A DNA stretch of 64,000 nucleotides from Raillietiella orientalis (lineage: Eukaryota), in NCBI GenBank assembly GCA_036172245.1, contig JAYWIR010000029.1, positions 2,232,001-2,296,000 of the forward strand, in the 5' to 3' direction. The notes under the pieces were generated by a model. The model made no database searches, was not told the DNA's origin, and saw nothing but the letters and a program-made list of their open reading frames with translations. The translations under genes were made by a program, and so were the position numbers. Position 1 is the stretch's first letter; each line of letters starts with the position of its first letter. Below are positions 26,032-38,400 of the stretch, in pieces.

Positions 26032-26448
26032 TCAGATCCTTTTCCCTCTCATGCCGAGGAATCCTGGAGCCTTCGCCTTCAGCAGGGATTCCGCGTCCCT
26101 GCTCCTCCGCACGCTAAACGGCCAAGAGCGTGCAAAGCTCCTCTCCCGCGGCGCGAACTTCCCCTGCGGCGTCTCGTCGTCCCGGCTGCCCGTCAGCGCC
26201 TCGCCGGCCGCCATCCCGTCCGGCTGTTGCAGCACCCGTTCCAGGTAGAGGGTCAGCATCCGAATGAGCTCCCGGGACGGGTCGTTCGCCGCGAGCCCGT
26301 CTCGGACGTGGCTCATCAGCTGCAGGTCGTCATAGAGGCGGGAAGAAGGATCGCGCGCGTCCACCTCCGCGGTCGAGCCGTCGCCCGAGTGGTAGAAGAG
26401 GACGCAGACGAAGACGGTCCTCCAGACCACGCGCACTAGGGTCCTCAT
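26032..26448 (-). CDS. Tk: Tachykinin-related neuropeptide precursor (138 aa)
   Basis: Signal-peptide-like N-terminus (MRTLVRVVWRTVFVCVLFY), an RRSR basic site, and C-terminal KAPGFLGMR-G-KR matching the protostome FxGxRamide consensus with amidation Gly and dibasic site. A tctttgcag acceptor lies one base before the ATG. Confidence 0.85.
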   Translation of the reverse strand: MRTLVRVVWRTVFVCVLFYHSGDGSTAEVDARDPSSRLYDDLQLMSHVRDGLAANDPSRELIRMLTLYLERVLQQPDGMAAGEALTGSRDDETPQGKFAPRERSFARSWPFSVRRSRDAESLLKAKAPGFLGMRGKRI

Positions 26449-28699
26449 CCTGCAAAGACACGCATCATGGCGTTACCCCTTTCGCGGCATGATCTCGCGA
26501 CCCCTGCCCGTGACCCTGGCTGGCCAGCGCGATGAGAGTGCGCTTTGACCGCCCCCTTCCTTGCAGGTCCTTCCTTTCCCTCCCTGGTGGTCGGACTAGC
26601 TTCGCCCCTCCGAGCACGTGGTGCGGTGCTCACCCTTGCCTTCCGCCGGAGGCTCCCTTCCTCAGAGCGCAAGCCGAAAGACTCCTGGAGGCGGACAGGA
26701 GGGCGACGGCGAGGCAGCGAGGAAGCGCTACCGATGGCGCAAGCAACAACCACTCTACTCGGCGGTAACCCCACAGGCGTTCCGCCGCGTCCCGTTCGTC
26801 CGATGCTCCGAAGAGATCGTCGTCGGAACGCTCCACCTCCGGGAGCTACTAAGGAGACCCGTAGAGGAGGAGCGAGGAAGGTCCTTTCTCGCGTCCCTTG
26901 GCAGCGACGCAAGGGAGCGTCGCCATGGAACCCTTCCCTTCCTTCTTCCGCCCCAAAGTCGCTTAACTCGGCTTGTTTTTTTTTTCTTCTTCTACTTATC
27001 CTTCCCGTACTGCAATCTCAGCGATCAGAGGCGTCGTGACCACCACCATCATCGTGATCGGAATGGATGGAGGATGTTTCAGACAACGGGGTATTCTTCG
27101 CCCAGGGCTTGGGCAGCGCGATGTGCCTCTTCCGATTGCCAGAGGCAACGGAGAACACGGCACATGTGGAGGGGGGGAGCGGGAACTTCCTGAAAGCATG
27201 AACGCGAAGATCAGCAGCCAGGGATGGTGGAAGTCCGTGAGGAAAACGGTGCTGAAGGTCACTTCATGCCTCCTCTGATCAGCCGCAGCGCTAGACCGCG
27301 TATGAGCGCACCCCCAGGACATAGCGCGCTGCGGATGTCCTGCCATCTTCCGCCGCGAGATCGAAGGGTGCTTCCCAACTGCCGGAGGTCTTGCGGAGAA
27401 GTTCCTCCCTTGTGGAGAGCACTCCAAGGAAGAGGGAAAAGGACATCTCCGGGATTCGAGCCCGGGAGGAATATGCCTTCTTCTTGGGAGCGTCCTAAGT
27501 AGTCCGGGAACTCCTAGGCGTCCTTCATCTCTTGAGGAGGGTTGTGCTCGTGAGGAGGGGGGGGGGGGCCTTAGAGAGGCGATCTGTCGAGGTGACTCGG
27601 AAAAGGAGGTCCCACGAGGAGACGGACGCTGCTGCAGCAGTGCACCCCAAGCTTTCTCTAATGGTAAGCCCTGGAGCTTTCCCTTTGCGCCCTGCAGGCA
27701 TCCCATTCCCGCCCAGTTGGATCCTAGAATCCATAGAGGGGGACGTCGGAGTCTCCTAATGCCACAAGGGAGGGAAGGGTCTGAACTTTCGAGAGGCCGT
27801 TTCTGCTCCAATATCCCTCCTCTGACGTCCAGCTGGTTACCCCCAGCGCCAGAGACTCTCTCCCCCGGCCGGGCTCTTCCTTGCTTCGTTTCCCGCAAGG
27901 GTGGAGACTCTGGAAACTGGGATCCTGGAATCTCAGAGAAGGAGAGAATAGGAGAGCGGAGGGGAGAAGGGGGACGCGGAAGTGCGTGGTTTCGTGAGCC
28001 TCCAGCGGCACATTTCCTCTATCCACAGGCCATCCCTCAAGAGGGAGAGGCTCTCTGGCTCCCTCACTAGATTCTTGAGCTCTTTCGAGACGTCTGGGAG
28101 GAACAGCTCCAGATAAGAAATGCTCGGAAAACCGGTCTCTGGGATGATACCTCTCCGGGGAAGGAGGACTCGTCTTCCGTAGGGAATTCCCACTTTGGTT
28201 CGGGAGTGTCCTCCAGCGTCTCTCCCGGCGAAGCCAGGAAAAGAGTAGGGATGCAGACGGCTGGAGTGCCACGCGACTGCTCCCTCAAGCAAAGAGGAAG
28301 ATGCCGATGCCTCCGGGAGTGCATCTTGGGTCTTCCCGATCCAAGATCTCGGAGGAGGCCCAAGTGGTTCCCAAGAGCACAAGAAAAGAGGGTGAGATTG
28401 CTTCCAGTGGCTCCCAGGCAGGGTCAAGATCCCCACGGCTCGTGGCATCCCCCTGGTCCAGCAAGCGCCGCAGCGCTTCAACTACGATGGCGACGGCGGT
28501 GTCGGCGGCCACTCGAGTTGCGAGATTGGAGGAGGAGGAGGCCATGGTGGCTCCACCCGAGGTCTGCTGTCAGCTGCTTCCAGCGGCCCCGAGAGCCACT
28601 TCTGGCTCTCGGAACCGCTTCCGGAGACAGTTCGGACCTTCTTCATCACCAGCTGGCTCCCTCGGAACACGCCTCTCTGTGAGGTGTGTCTCGGATGGG

Positions 28700-29640
28700 T
28701 CTGTCTTCGCTGTTTATTCCCTTCCAGAATTTTTTTCAGGTTTTCTTTTTTTTTTGGTACGCCAAGTACCTGAAGAGCCGTCTCGTGCCTCGTGGCGCAC
28801 GTGGCTCTTTAACACGTTTCCACGCCACCCCCAAAGGGTGCGTGCTATTCTTCAAGATAGGGAAGGCATCAGGAGGAAGGGGGTCCCGCCTTATTAATCA
28901 GAAAGGCTCGGAGTGAGCTCCTCTCGCGTTTGGCGAGGGGGGATCGCACCTCCCACCCTGGTTATCTCCGAAGGGGAACCCCGAAGGGAATCTCCTTCCT
29001 CATTCTCTCCGGAGGGAGCACCTCGGAAGGGTGGTGGTCCTCTCCATTTCAACTTCTCTGAAGGGAACTCGGAAAGGATCCGCTGGTAGGAATTTCTTCT
29101 CCGGAGGGAACCCGCAAGGGAACCACTTCTGTTCACTCCTCTGAAGAGAACCCCGAAGGGACGCTTCCGAAACTCAGAAGGGGTGCTGCAGCTTCCCGCA
29201 GGAGAATCGTTCTTGCTTGCTTCCTTGCACTCTGTGAAGAGGCGACGACTCGGAGGGTCCCCCCCGCAACAGGGGGTATCCGCTCCTTTGAACAACTGGA
29301 GAGGTGCCCGTGAGGGCTCCTGCTCCATCTTGAAACCGGAGGGGTCCCCCGGTGAGGGGGTTCCACTCTCCGTTGCACGACCGGAGGGGAAACTCCCCAC
29401 TTCTTTATTCATGGGAAGACCCGAAGGTCAATCCCCATTGTTCCAGCCTTCATCGGGGGCCTCCGGCTTAATCCACCGCCGGCGCCACGCCCGAATGATT
29501 AGGCCGACCAACGCCATTGCAGGAGAAACTCGGAACCCAAGAACGCAGTGGCGTCAGTTTCTGCCGGAACATTCGAACCCGCGACGCATGCCTCGGATGG
29601 GAGCCGCGACGACGCGCCCCTCCATCGGGGCACGGAGATC
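28700..29640 (-). mobile_element. Family A copy
   Basis: Same body and repeat array (ctcctctgaagagaaccccgaaggga shared with 6888-6913) and a degenerate B box ggttcgaat at ~29571-29579. Confidence 0.65.
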
Positions 29641-29849
29641 CCGAGGCGCTCGAGGCATCGCCATGCCAGCGAGATGCGCTGCTTGTGATCTTCTGCGCCT
29701 GCTGATCCCGAGCTTCCGGTCCCTAGTTCGACTGACCCCCGCAGTTGTCTCGCTGTGCCTCAGCCCGTTGCGAAACCACCCCGAGGAAATCGGGCACCAG
29801 GAAAGGGGGTAGTTCCTCTGCCACAGGAACACCTTTCCCACCTTCTGTT

Positions 29850-32450
29850 CAACATTCGAGCCATCATGAACAGCAGCATCCTCTGGTGGTCCAGGGGATT
29901 GCCTGGACGTCTACGGAACACTTAGATCTACCCGCGACTTCAAGCGAGACCACGAGGGAAGGTTCCGTGAGAGGCACGTGCCTATCCAGGATGTTCGCAT
30001 TCTGCGATGCTGTGGTGAACTCCGAACGGATCCCAACCGTGCTGCGTCGGAGTTCCCGACGAGTCTTCCCGTTCGGACGCCTTCAACGAAGGACGCGGAC
30101 CAAGCAAAGCCCGCAGAGCCCTCTGAAGGGCATGATGGGGGCGGAAACGTTCTCAGGACGCGACCGAAAGTCTCAGCATTCTCGGGAAGGAGCGCGCCAA
30201 AGGATCACCGCCTGAAAACTGGAGGGTGTGCAAACCCCAGAGTGCCCAGAAGAGACATTGGGTTTCGGGGAGTAGGGAGCCCAGGGAAAGACGTCTGAGG
30301 CACAAGAAACGAACGACCAAGGGCGGTCGCCAAAAGGTGCGCCATTGGGACACCCTTCAACGGAGGACTTGCCTCACGTCTGCTGCTTGATCGGCCGGGC
30401 GGAGACGGGTCGAGGGAAGTCCATCGAGAGGTCCAGCCAGTGCGCTCCTCGACTGCACAACCTACTCTCCTTCCCCCCTTCTTCCCTGGGATGCTCCCTA
30501 GCAGCCAACGTTTCTGATGGATGGCGGAAGACGTCTCGCGAGTAAACCAAGGATTTTCCTCCTGGCCGGAATGGCGGTTCCAACGCGGGGACTTGGCAGA
30601 GAGGCGCTTCCTATAGAGTCCCGCAAATGGGGAAGCGGCGACAACCAGCAGCGATTCAGGAGGCGAGCGAGGAGCGCGGAGGGATGGTCATCCTGGAGAG
30701 GCAGCAAAGAGAGAGATGGACCCTGACACGGAGGCAGTGGATCTCCCGCCGGGGGTTGGCATCCGTGCCAGCAGGAAGAAGTCGCAGCTTTCCAGGTGGG
30801 ATCGGGGCTCATCCGTCGTGGCTGAGCACGGAAGGAAAGGTGGGGGGAGGGACGCCTCTTTGGCGCTCGTTGAGGAGATGGCGGAGACGGCCGAGTCGGA
30901 TAACCTTCATCCCTCCGTTCCCTGCTGTTGTTCCGAAAACGGACCGCCGCTCCACCCTTACCCCCGTTCCCCAGCTTTTGGTCCTTCACATTCCGTCTGC
31001 TTCCTGCCCGCCCTACCCCTTGAAGAACTCTCGGGGAGGAGCGCGTCCGGCCGTGGAGCAGGAAGTTCGGGCGGCCGGGTGCGGATCGAGCCGGTCTCTC
31101 TCCCCCTTCCGGATGCCGCCTGCGGCATGCCTGCTCTGCTCGCGGTCCCTGCAGGAGCCTTCGAGATCCGTGAGCCTGGAAGTCGCTCCCGCCGGAGACC
31201 CCTGCGTCTAGGGAGGAGCGCACACGGCGGTCTGTCGAGCACGTGCGGGCGTTTCGACAGGTTCAACAAAGACTTCCCTAAGTGGCCTTCGTGACTCCAG
31301 TTGCCTCAGGAATTCCATGGCGAATGCTCTCTGCTCCTGGAGGCCACGCTCTTTGGGAGCCGGTGCTTGCAGGTGGAACATTGCAGATCCTCTTTTCGGC
31401 GGCAGTGCGCTCGATGCCTCCGCGGGGAGGACGTGGGGCGTCCCCGGGGCGCAGCACAGGCACGCGGAGTCTTCAGGTAGAGACGCGGAGGTTGGAATCC
31501 CTTCCTCACTCCGATTGGGGGCACGCCCCGATTCCCGGGGTCGCAGACCGATCCACTCTGCTCAGCGGTGCCCAGGGATGGGTATTGCGAATGACGAGGT
31601 CGCGGATGCAGGGGATGCCGCCTCCTGAGGCAGCCTCCGTTGCCCACGCAGCGACCCGACTCGCCTCTTCTCCGCTGAAGGGACTTTGGGACGTGAGAGG
31701 GTTCCCTTGGATCTGACCCCGGCCACCGTCTGGATCGAATACTCGCGCAAGTGAAATTCACCTGATCCCTGACGCGGCCGAAGGTGCTACCGAGAGGAAG
31801 ACTGCGTCAAAACCTCGCTATCTGCATGTCAACGAAGGGCATCCACTCCATCCATTCGTCCGAGCCATGCTCTCGAGAGATCCGGGGATCGGGATCCAAA
31901 GCGGGGAGGTGATCCTACGGGCTAGGACGAGGCACCTTTCGGTTGCCCCCAGCATCCAGTATCGCCTCGATGCTCATCGGGCTGTTAGGCTCGAACATGC
32001 TCCGGAAGAAGGAATCGCCCAGGACTCTACTGCCCGGGGAGAGCAGCACCGACCGATGCGGATGTGGTTGGAAGATTCTCGGGAGCCACTCCCTGACCCC
32101 ACAAGAGCGGAACGAGAAGGCACGTGAAGACGGGGAAGGTGGTAGACACCCCGGATCCTCCATCTTATGTGATACCTCTGCTTTCCTAGCAGGAAGAACC
32201 GGGTTTCCGCGGGAACCTACCGGAACGAGATGCTGCGCAGACGGGGCACAGGGCACTCCGCGCTGCGCGAAGAGGTTTCGGCTCTTACGCGTTCACGAGA
32301 CGCAGAGCTGCCGCGTCCACTACAGACCCCCCCCCGGGGGAATTAACAAGAGGTATCCCGCGCGTTTGCCTCCTGACCACGGGTGGTTCCGAGGAGACCG
32401 AGAGCATGCGACCTCGTGCGGCACCACTTCCACCCCAGGGCTGCAGCGCA
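29850..32450 (+). mobile_element. Decayed non-LTR retrotransposon (RT region)
   Basis: Frameshifted DFPK-AF-DS-V-PQEF-MANAL at ~31270-31330 and a GVxQxDPL-like sequence at ~31535-31560. GC-rich with no intact ORF. Confidence 0.55.
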
Positions 32451-35400
32451 GCCCTGGGGTGGGGAACTCACCCACCCCCGCATCCCCAGGAACGTCTCTC
32501 GTGCACTTGCGATTCGAAGCACAGAAAACAGGCGGTGATGCGAGCGGCAGTCACCGTCGACTGCAATGAGCGTCAGCACGGCAAACATTAGGGGAAGGAG
32601 GGGGGTCGGGAGAGGGGGGACGAAACCGTGCCGCGGGCCATCGAGCGAGACGAGGACGAAACGCGTGGCATTTCGCGCTCCGGATTCCTGACGCTCCGGA
32701 CGAAACCTGTGCGGACAGCAAGAAACTGGACACCCGTCGCTCTCATCTCCACCTCGGTACTACTTACCTCCTATCCTCACAGCTGATGGTAGGTAGCAGG
32801 CCCGAGTAGAGTGCACAGACGCTCCGGAAAGCTTCTAAGGCAGCATCCACATTTTCGACTCCTTTTCCCTTTTATCCGAATCTTGGTAACCAATCAACGA
32901 TTCAAGATCCTGCGCCACAGTGAGGCGGCAAACTTGTGTACAAACCGAATACACCATCTTGATGGAAAAAGCCAGGGACAACGTGCAATAAATTTACAGG
33001 AATATCCCAAGGATGGAGGCGGACAGATCGTGAGAGGAAAAAGAAAAGAAGGAGAGGGACAGACAGGCAAACAGGCAGAGGGGAATCTAGTTTTCTAGGA
33101 ATGGTCTGCATTTCCCGTCTGTAAGCGCTGCAACGAATTGAGCTGCTAAGCGGCCGCTGGGCAGCAACTGTGGTGTCCGCAAATGCCGTGCTGTGAGAAC
33201 CGCGAAGGACGCGCGGCCACCACCACGCTCTTCCCACGGGAGCACCCGCCGCGTATCCAGTCGACGGCGAGTCTCGAAAGCGAGCGCCAGCCCTCCGAGG
33301 TAGCTCGTGCAGGGCGTGGCCCCCCCGGCTCCACTCGCGCCTTCTCGACGGACAAGCAAAGAGCGCCGGGTTTGCGCTGCTTGTCTTCCCGTTCACCAAA
33401 GAGGGCGTTGCTCCTCTATTCGGAGACGTCGGATGAGTTTGTCTGCCCTGCCTGCTCCCGACCGAGCGAACAAGAGACACGAAAAAGAGGAAGAAAAAAA
33501 ACTGCATAAGCTGCGTACAGACAAGGTTTCCACCTGTTCCTGACCGAAGTAGCTGCGCAAGAACGCCGTGTTTCCTTGACCGTTGCAGGACATCAAAGTG
33601 CTCTCTCCCAGAGAATCACCCACTGAGAGGAAAGAAACCGACATCGTTCGAATCTGGTCACCGGAATCTTTGAATCGAAAAGATTCTCGAAAAGATTACT
33701 GTTGACCTCCGACCAGAAAGAGTGAAGCGGAATTTTGTTTCTTTGGGAGAAGGGGAAAGCCTCGTTCCGGCGTTGGACTGACGCTCTTGGACCACGGCGT
33801 CCGCCGAATCCTTTCCAAGCCTGCTGAGGAAACGCAGCAAGCTTGGGTGCCTTGAGACTGATTCGGCTCCACTGCCGGAGTCGTGGTTCCTTCTTGCAGG
33901 CTTGAAAAAGCGGAAAGGAAAGTCCTTTCTTCTCTCAAAACACGGACCAAAAAAAGGAAGGCATCCGTCTGCGCCGTAGAATGTTCCAGCACGAGCATGT
34001 GCTCCTGCGAGATCTTCGTCCAAGTGAGAAAACTCGGTATTACTCGCTAAGCATGCAGACTCCTCAAGAGAGAACACATTACACCCAGTGTACGTATTTT
34101 TAGCTCAAAGAGAAGTGCGAGCGCCTCAGAGATTTAGAGAGAGAGTCCGGCACGGCTTACGGAATCTTTTTTTTTTTTTTTTTTTTCCAGTAATAAATTT
34201 TCATAATCCGGGATCTAAAAAGGGGAAAAAAAAACTTTTAAGCACCTGAATTGCAGCTGCACCGTGCGAAAGCTTCCCCGTTTTTCTCCTGTTCGCCTAC
34301 TTAGGAAAGATGGCGGCTCAAATCTGCGAGCGTTGCAAGGTGCACGTAGGGATTTGTCTGCAAGGAAGAATTTAGCACCTCGTGCTTCTCCCGAAACGAA
34401 CGACGACGGGCGGCTGGAAGGGAATCTCATAGTCTTCTTATGCATGCACGTATTTCAAAGTTTCAAGAAGCCTCCTTGATCTCCTTCTTCGATTGGAAAC
34501 ATCTTCTGTGCATGCACGACTACACTCTCCGAAGGGAAGTGAATGCCCGCACCAGTTCGTAAGGTATGAATTCTCACCAAAGGGATGCCGTCTGATGCGT
34601 GCAACTCTTGAAGCAAAAGTCTAGATCTTGCGTCGGACGCGACCTCGCAAAAGGTCAACTTTTCCTCAACTGAGAAGTCCTTTTCTTTCCTCTTTCAGGG
34701 ACTTTGGATAAGTATGTGAAACGGACTAGGGATTACCGAACTCTGGGTTCCGCTTGCTCCGAATGGCTCCTGCTGCCCTCTCGAGCAGCGCTGCCTCCCT
34801 GGAAGTTCCCCTTTCAAAGTTCTGTCATGGCGCGGTTCGAGGCGAAAGAATCGGCTGCGAAATGCTGCCCAATACGTTAAGGCAATCCGTCAGCGTTTCG
34901 CAGCAAATGATGACGGGAGATGGACCAAAACAGCTTTTTGTGAGTGTCTTTTGTATGTGACCTTGGAAGAAGACTCTCTGCTCAGTAACACAGAAAACGT
35001 ACTCACGGAACCATCAGCGGAATAGACAAGACGTTCAGTCAACCTTACGAGCTGGTCACCTTCGAGCTATGGAAAGCGTTTACGCTCTTCCCGAATGTAT
35101 CGTGCGGGTACACTCACATCCCATGCAACAGTAAACACTACCGCCTCTGCTTCTGAAGGTTTTCGTATTCTTATAATGACAGTAAGTTTGATCAATTGAG
35201 TGATGAATTCGTGATTACTGTTTGAAAGTCGGGCCATTCATCTCTCGATGGGAGAAGCAGAAAGAAACGATTTCTCGAGGATGGCATCTGCTTCATGGAG
35301 ATATGTTCAATGAATGCACACACATGTACATGCACCAACGTGTGTGTATTCGTTGGAACGAGTGTCTTTCTAGGACCAGAAAACGAAAGAGCAATTTTGC

Positions 35401-38400
35401 TCAATCTCATTCTTCTCTTCTTTAGATGATTCTGGACTTTGAGCCTGGAACCTTCAGCTCAGTTTCCTCTTACAAGTCGGAGAGACCGGCCGCCAAACAC
35501 GCCACTCCACAGGCATCTCTCCTGCAAAGAACGTGCTGTTCCCGAAAAAACTTGTGAGGTGAGGTCGAGGAAGTTTTTCGTGATGCTTTTGCAGCTCCAC
35601 GCACTTCGTAGCATTACGAAGTCGGCTTCCTGCTGCTTCATCCGTGCAGTTCAGCTGCTCCAGACCTTTCCCTTGGCTTACAAGCCCGAAATTTTAATCA
35701 TTCCAGTATGAAGGAGGATGGGAAACTGAGTTCTTTCTCCTGATCTGTCCACTCTTTTCATGCGATTTGCCATTATGGAAAGGAATGGATCACAACCTGC
35801 ATAGTAGTGTCCTCTTTATTCAGAAGCATGGACCAATCCCCTTGTGAGGAATATGCGAGACAATACATCTCCTCTAATCAGCTGTAAAAGAGAACATTTC
35901 TTCGCTTCCCGATGGATGCCCTAGCGACCTGCATGTTTCCCTGAATTGGACATCCTTTCTTATCATCACCGCGACTTCACGAGTTACATGGTAAGACGTG
36001 TTTGCAAATGACAAGTTTTCAATATGACTTCTCTCCATTATTCATGTTCCTTGAACGTCTACAGACTGCATATTGCCTCCACCTACTGGCGCATATCTCA
36101 GGTGGGCATCGCCACTAGCATTATCTGGACCAAGAATCGGAGCTGTCCGATCTGCAGCTGCTAGAAAAGGAATTCTGGAATTTGCTCTTACACAGGGAGG
36201 CGTAAATTCTTGCGAAAACGAAGAATGGTGTTTGAAAACTGTGCAGCCGAGATAAACGTCCGGTGGTTGAAAGAAAAAAAATTGGAGCAAGCACTTGTAC
36301 CAGTTCTTGGTGAATCAAAAGATCGAAACTTCTGTAGAAACCTAAAAGGGAATGAAGCGTTTTGACGAAACTGAGGAAGCATCCCCGTTTCAAACCTTGC
36401 TCGTTTTCCATGAGAGCCAAGGACATCTTTTTGCATGTCACCAGATAGCAAAAGAAGAACTCTAGAGGGGATGAGACCAACAGATTGACAAGCTTTCAAA
36501 TAACAGCTGCTAACGAAGAAGCCATTCGGTAACGCGAATGCTGCTGAACGCTTCCTCTAAGTTTCTCGAGTCTCTTCACTCTTCAAACCAACTGGAAACT
36601 CATATGAGGCTGTTAATTTTGCGTGCTCCACCGAGAAAGTCCTGAGAGCTCCACAAGGTGGTTCCCCATGCCGGGAAACGAAGATGAGCGAACAAGGAAC
36701 CACAAGTTGAGGCATTGGTTGCATTGATTGCACCATGACTGTGGCGCTTGATCCCATAAAGCCACAGACTCGAACCACGAATCAAGCGGCAAAATCGGGC
36801 AACTCTTTCCTCCAAATGGAGCTGTCCTTGGAGGAGGGAGAGCAGCTGCTTTTCCGTCTCGAAGACCCTTTCTGGAAGCAAACAGACGAACGCAATCGTT
36901 CAGAGAATGGTTGCTTGTGCAAGGGCAACACTGGAGCGGACAGAAATCCGTGAAAGCTATTCCGTGGCAGTGCGACTTTCCTCATTTCCATTCGTGAATC
37001 TCGAGGATATGGGATTTCCCTGGACTCTCTTTTCGCGTGATGCCTACGTTGAAATTCTAGTAAAATTTCGGTCTGGATAATAAGGGAGATGAGTGCATCG
37101 CCTTTCTTTCCTTGGATCGCTCTCGAGGGGAACACACGAGTTCCATCGCTGCAAGTAATTTTCCAAAAATGGATGCTGAGATCGTTGAGAAAACTTGAGA
37201 CCATCTTCCGAAAGCACAACTTTCTTTGATTGAGACTTCATGTGTCCTCCAGCTTTAAGAATAGACCAAACGGAACGAATGGGACGAGCTGCCACTGTCC
37301 TATTCACTTCTGTTCTACCACGCTTTCGGCAGTTTTCTTATGACCATTTCACACCATTTCCTTGCTGGCCAACGAAAGGCATTCCTCATGACCGCAGCAG
37401 AGTGAGCTGCTCTGATACGTGAAGTTTCCAGGAGATTCGCTTCTTTCTGCTTTTCCTCTTCCGTTCGTTTCTTTTTAGCCATAAAGATACTCTCCCCAGT
37501 ATCCCTACAGCTACTACATCTGCGTGGCTGCCTCCCTCCTTGCTCACCCCTCTCGGTACTGTACGTGAAATTTCTTCGCATTTTCTTCTTCCGTTCATGA
37601 TCCACAGTCTGCTTCCTGATTGACACCGAGGAGGCAACTCGACTGTACAGAAAGGCATCGCCTGGAAGCAGAGAGTTCAAACAACACAAAGGAAGGTAGC
37701 TAAACGATGCGGATGCCGAATAGTTGCGCTGAAGGCATGGACGGCGTGCGAAGGAGGTCTTTGGCTTAAGGCTACTGAGCTGCGTGTTCCCCTTCACTTT
37801 TCCTGGGTAACGTCGCTCGGCTACTTGCGGTTGAGTGCACTCTGGGAGGAAGGGAAACTTCCTGACAGTCAACACGCCAGGGAACTCTGTTTCAGGATAG
37901 TTTTTCAATAAACGCCCCGGCGCACCCGGGTGATAACCAACACGTCAGGGACTAAATTCGAAAACGCTAGTCATACACGACAAGACAGACAAGTTTCGGA
38001 GATTAGAGACCAAATGCACACGCTATGGGACAGCTGGGGTTTTCCCATCCACAGCAACAAGAGACGGCTACCTGATACAGCACCTTTTGTCAAAGGAAAT
38101 ACAGGTTCCTCTTAGAAATTTGCAAGACTTCTCTGTGATAGTCTGCACACACCGTAGATGGTCTGCTCTTTGCTTGAAGATTGGTATCTTTTGTTTGTCA
38201 TGAACTTATCTACAGGTTCATGGAGAGGTTGTGCAGAAGCAACTCTTCGTCATCGACGGCAGATGCCCATTGGGACTTACTTAACTAATGCAATACTTTC
38301 TCTCACTGATGCATGTCAAAGTGGCGAGGAATGTAACTTTTAACATCCCTAACATCAGTAATTTTAACAGAGAATTTTCCATTTCCACAAAACAATACAT

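Noticed and set aside
27447..27468. T-arm-like hairpin ccgggctcgaatcccgg (- strand)
   Set aside because: No D arm, anticodon arm or acceptor stem.
26996..28897. 300-aa and other long ORFs
   Set aside because: Arg/Pro/Gly/Ser-biased translations on both strands of decayed repeat DNA with no domain.
30498..32569. ORFs of 190-241 aa
   Set aside because: Shadow frames over a frameshifted LINE RT.
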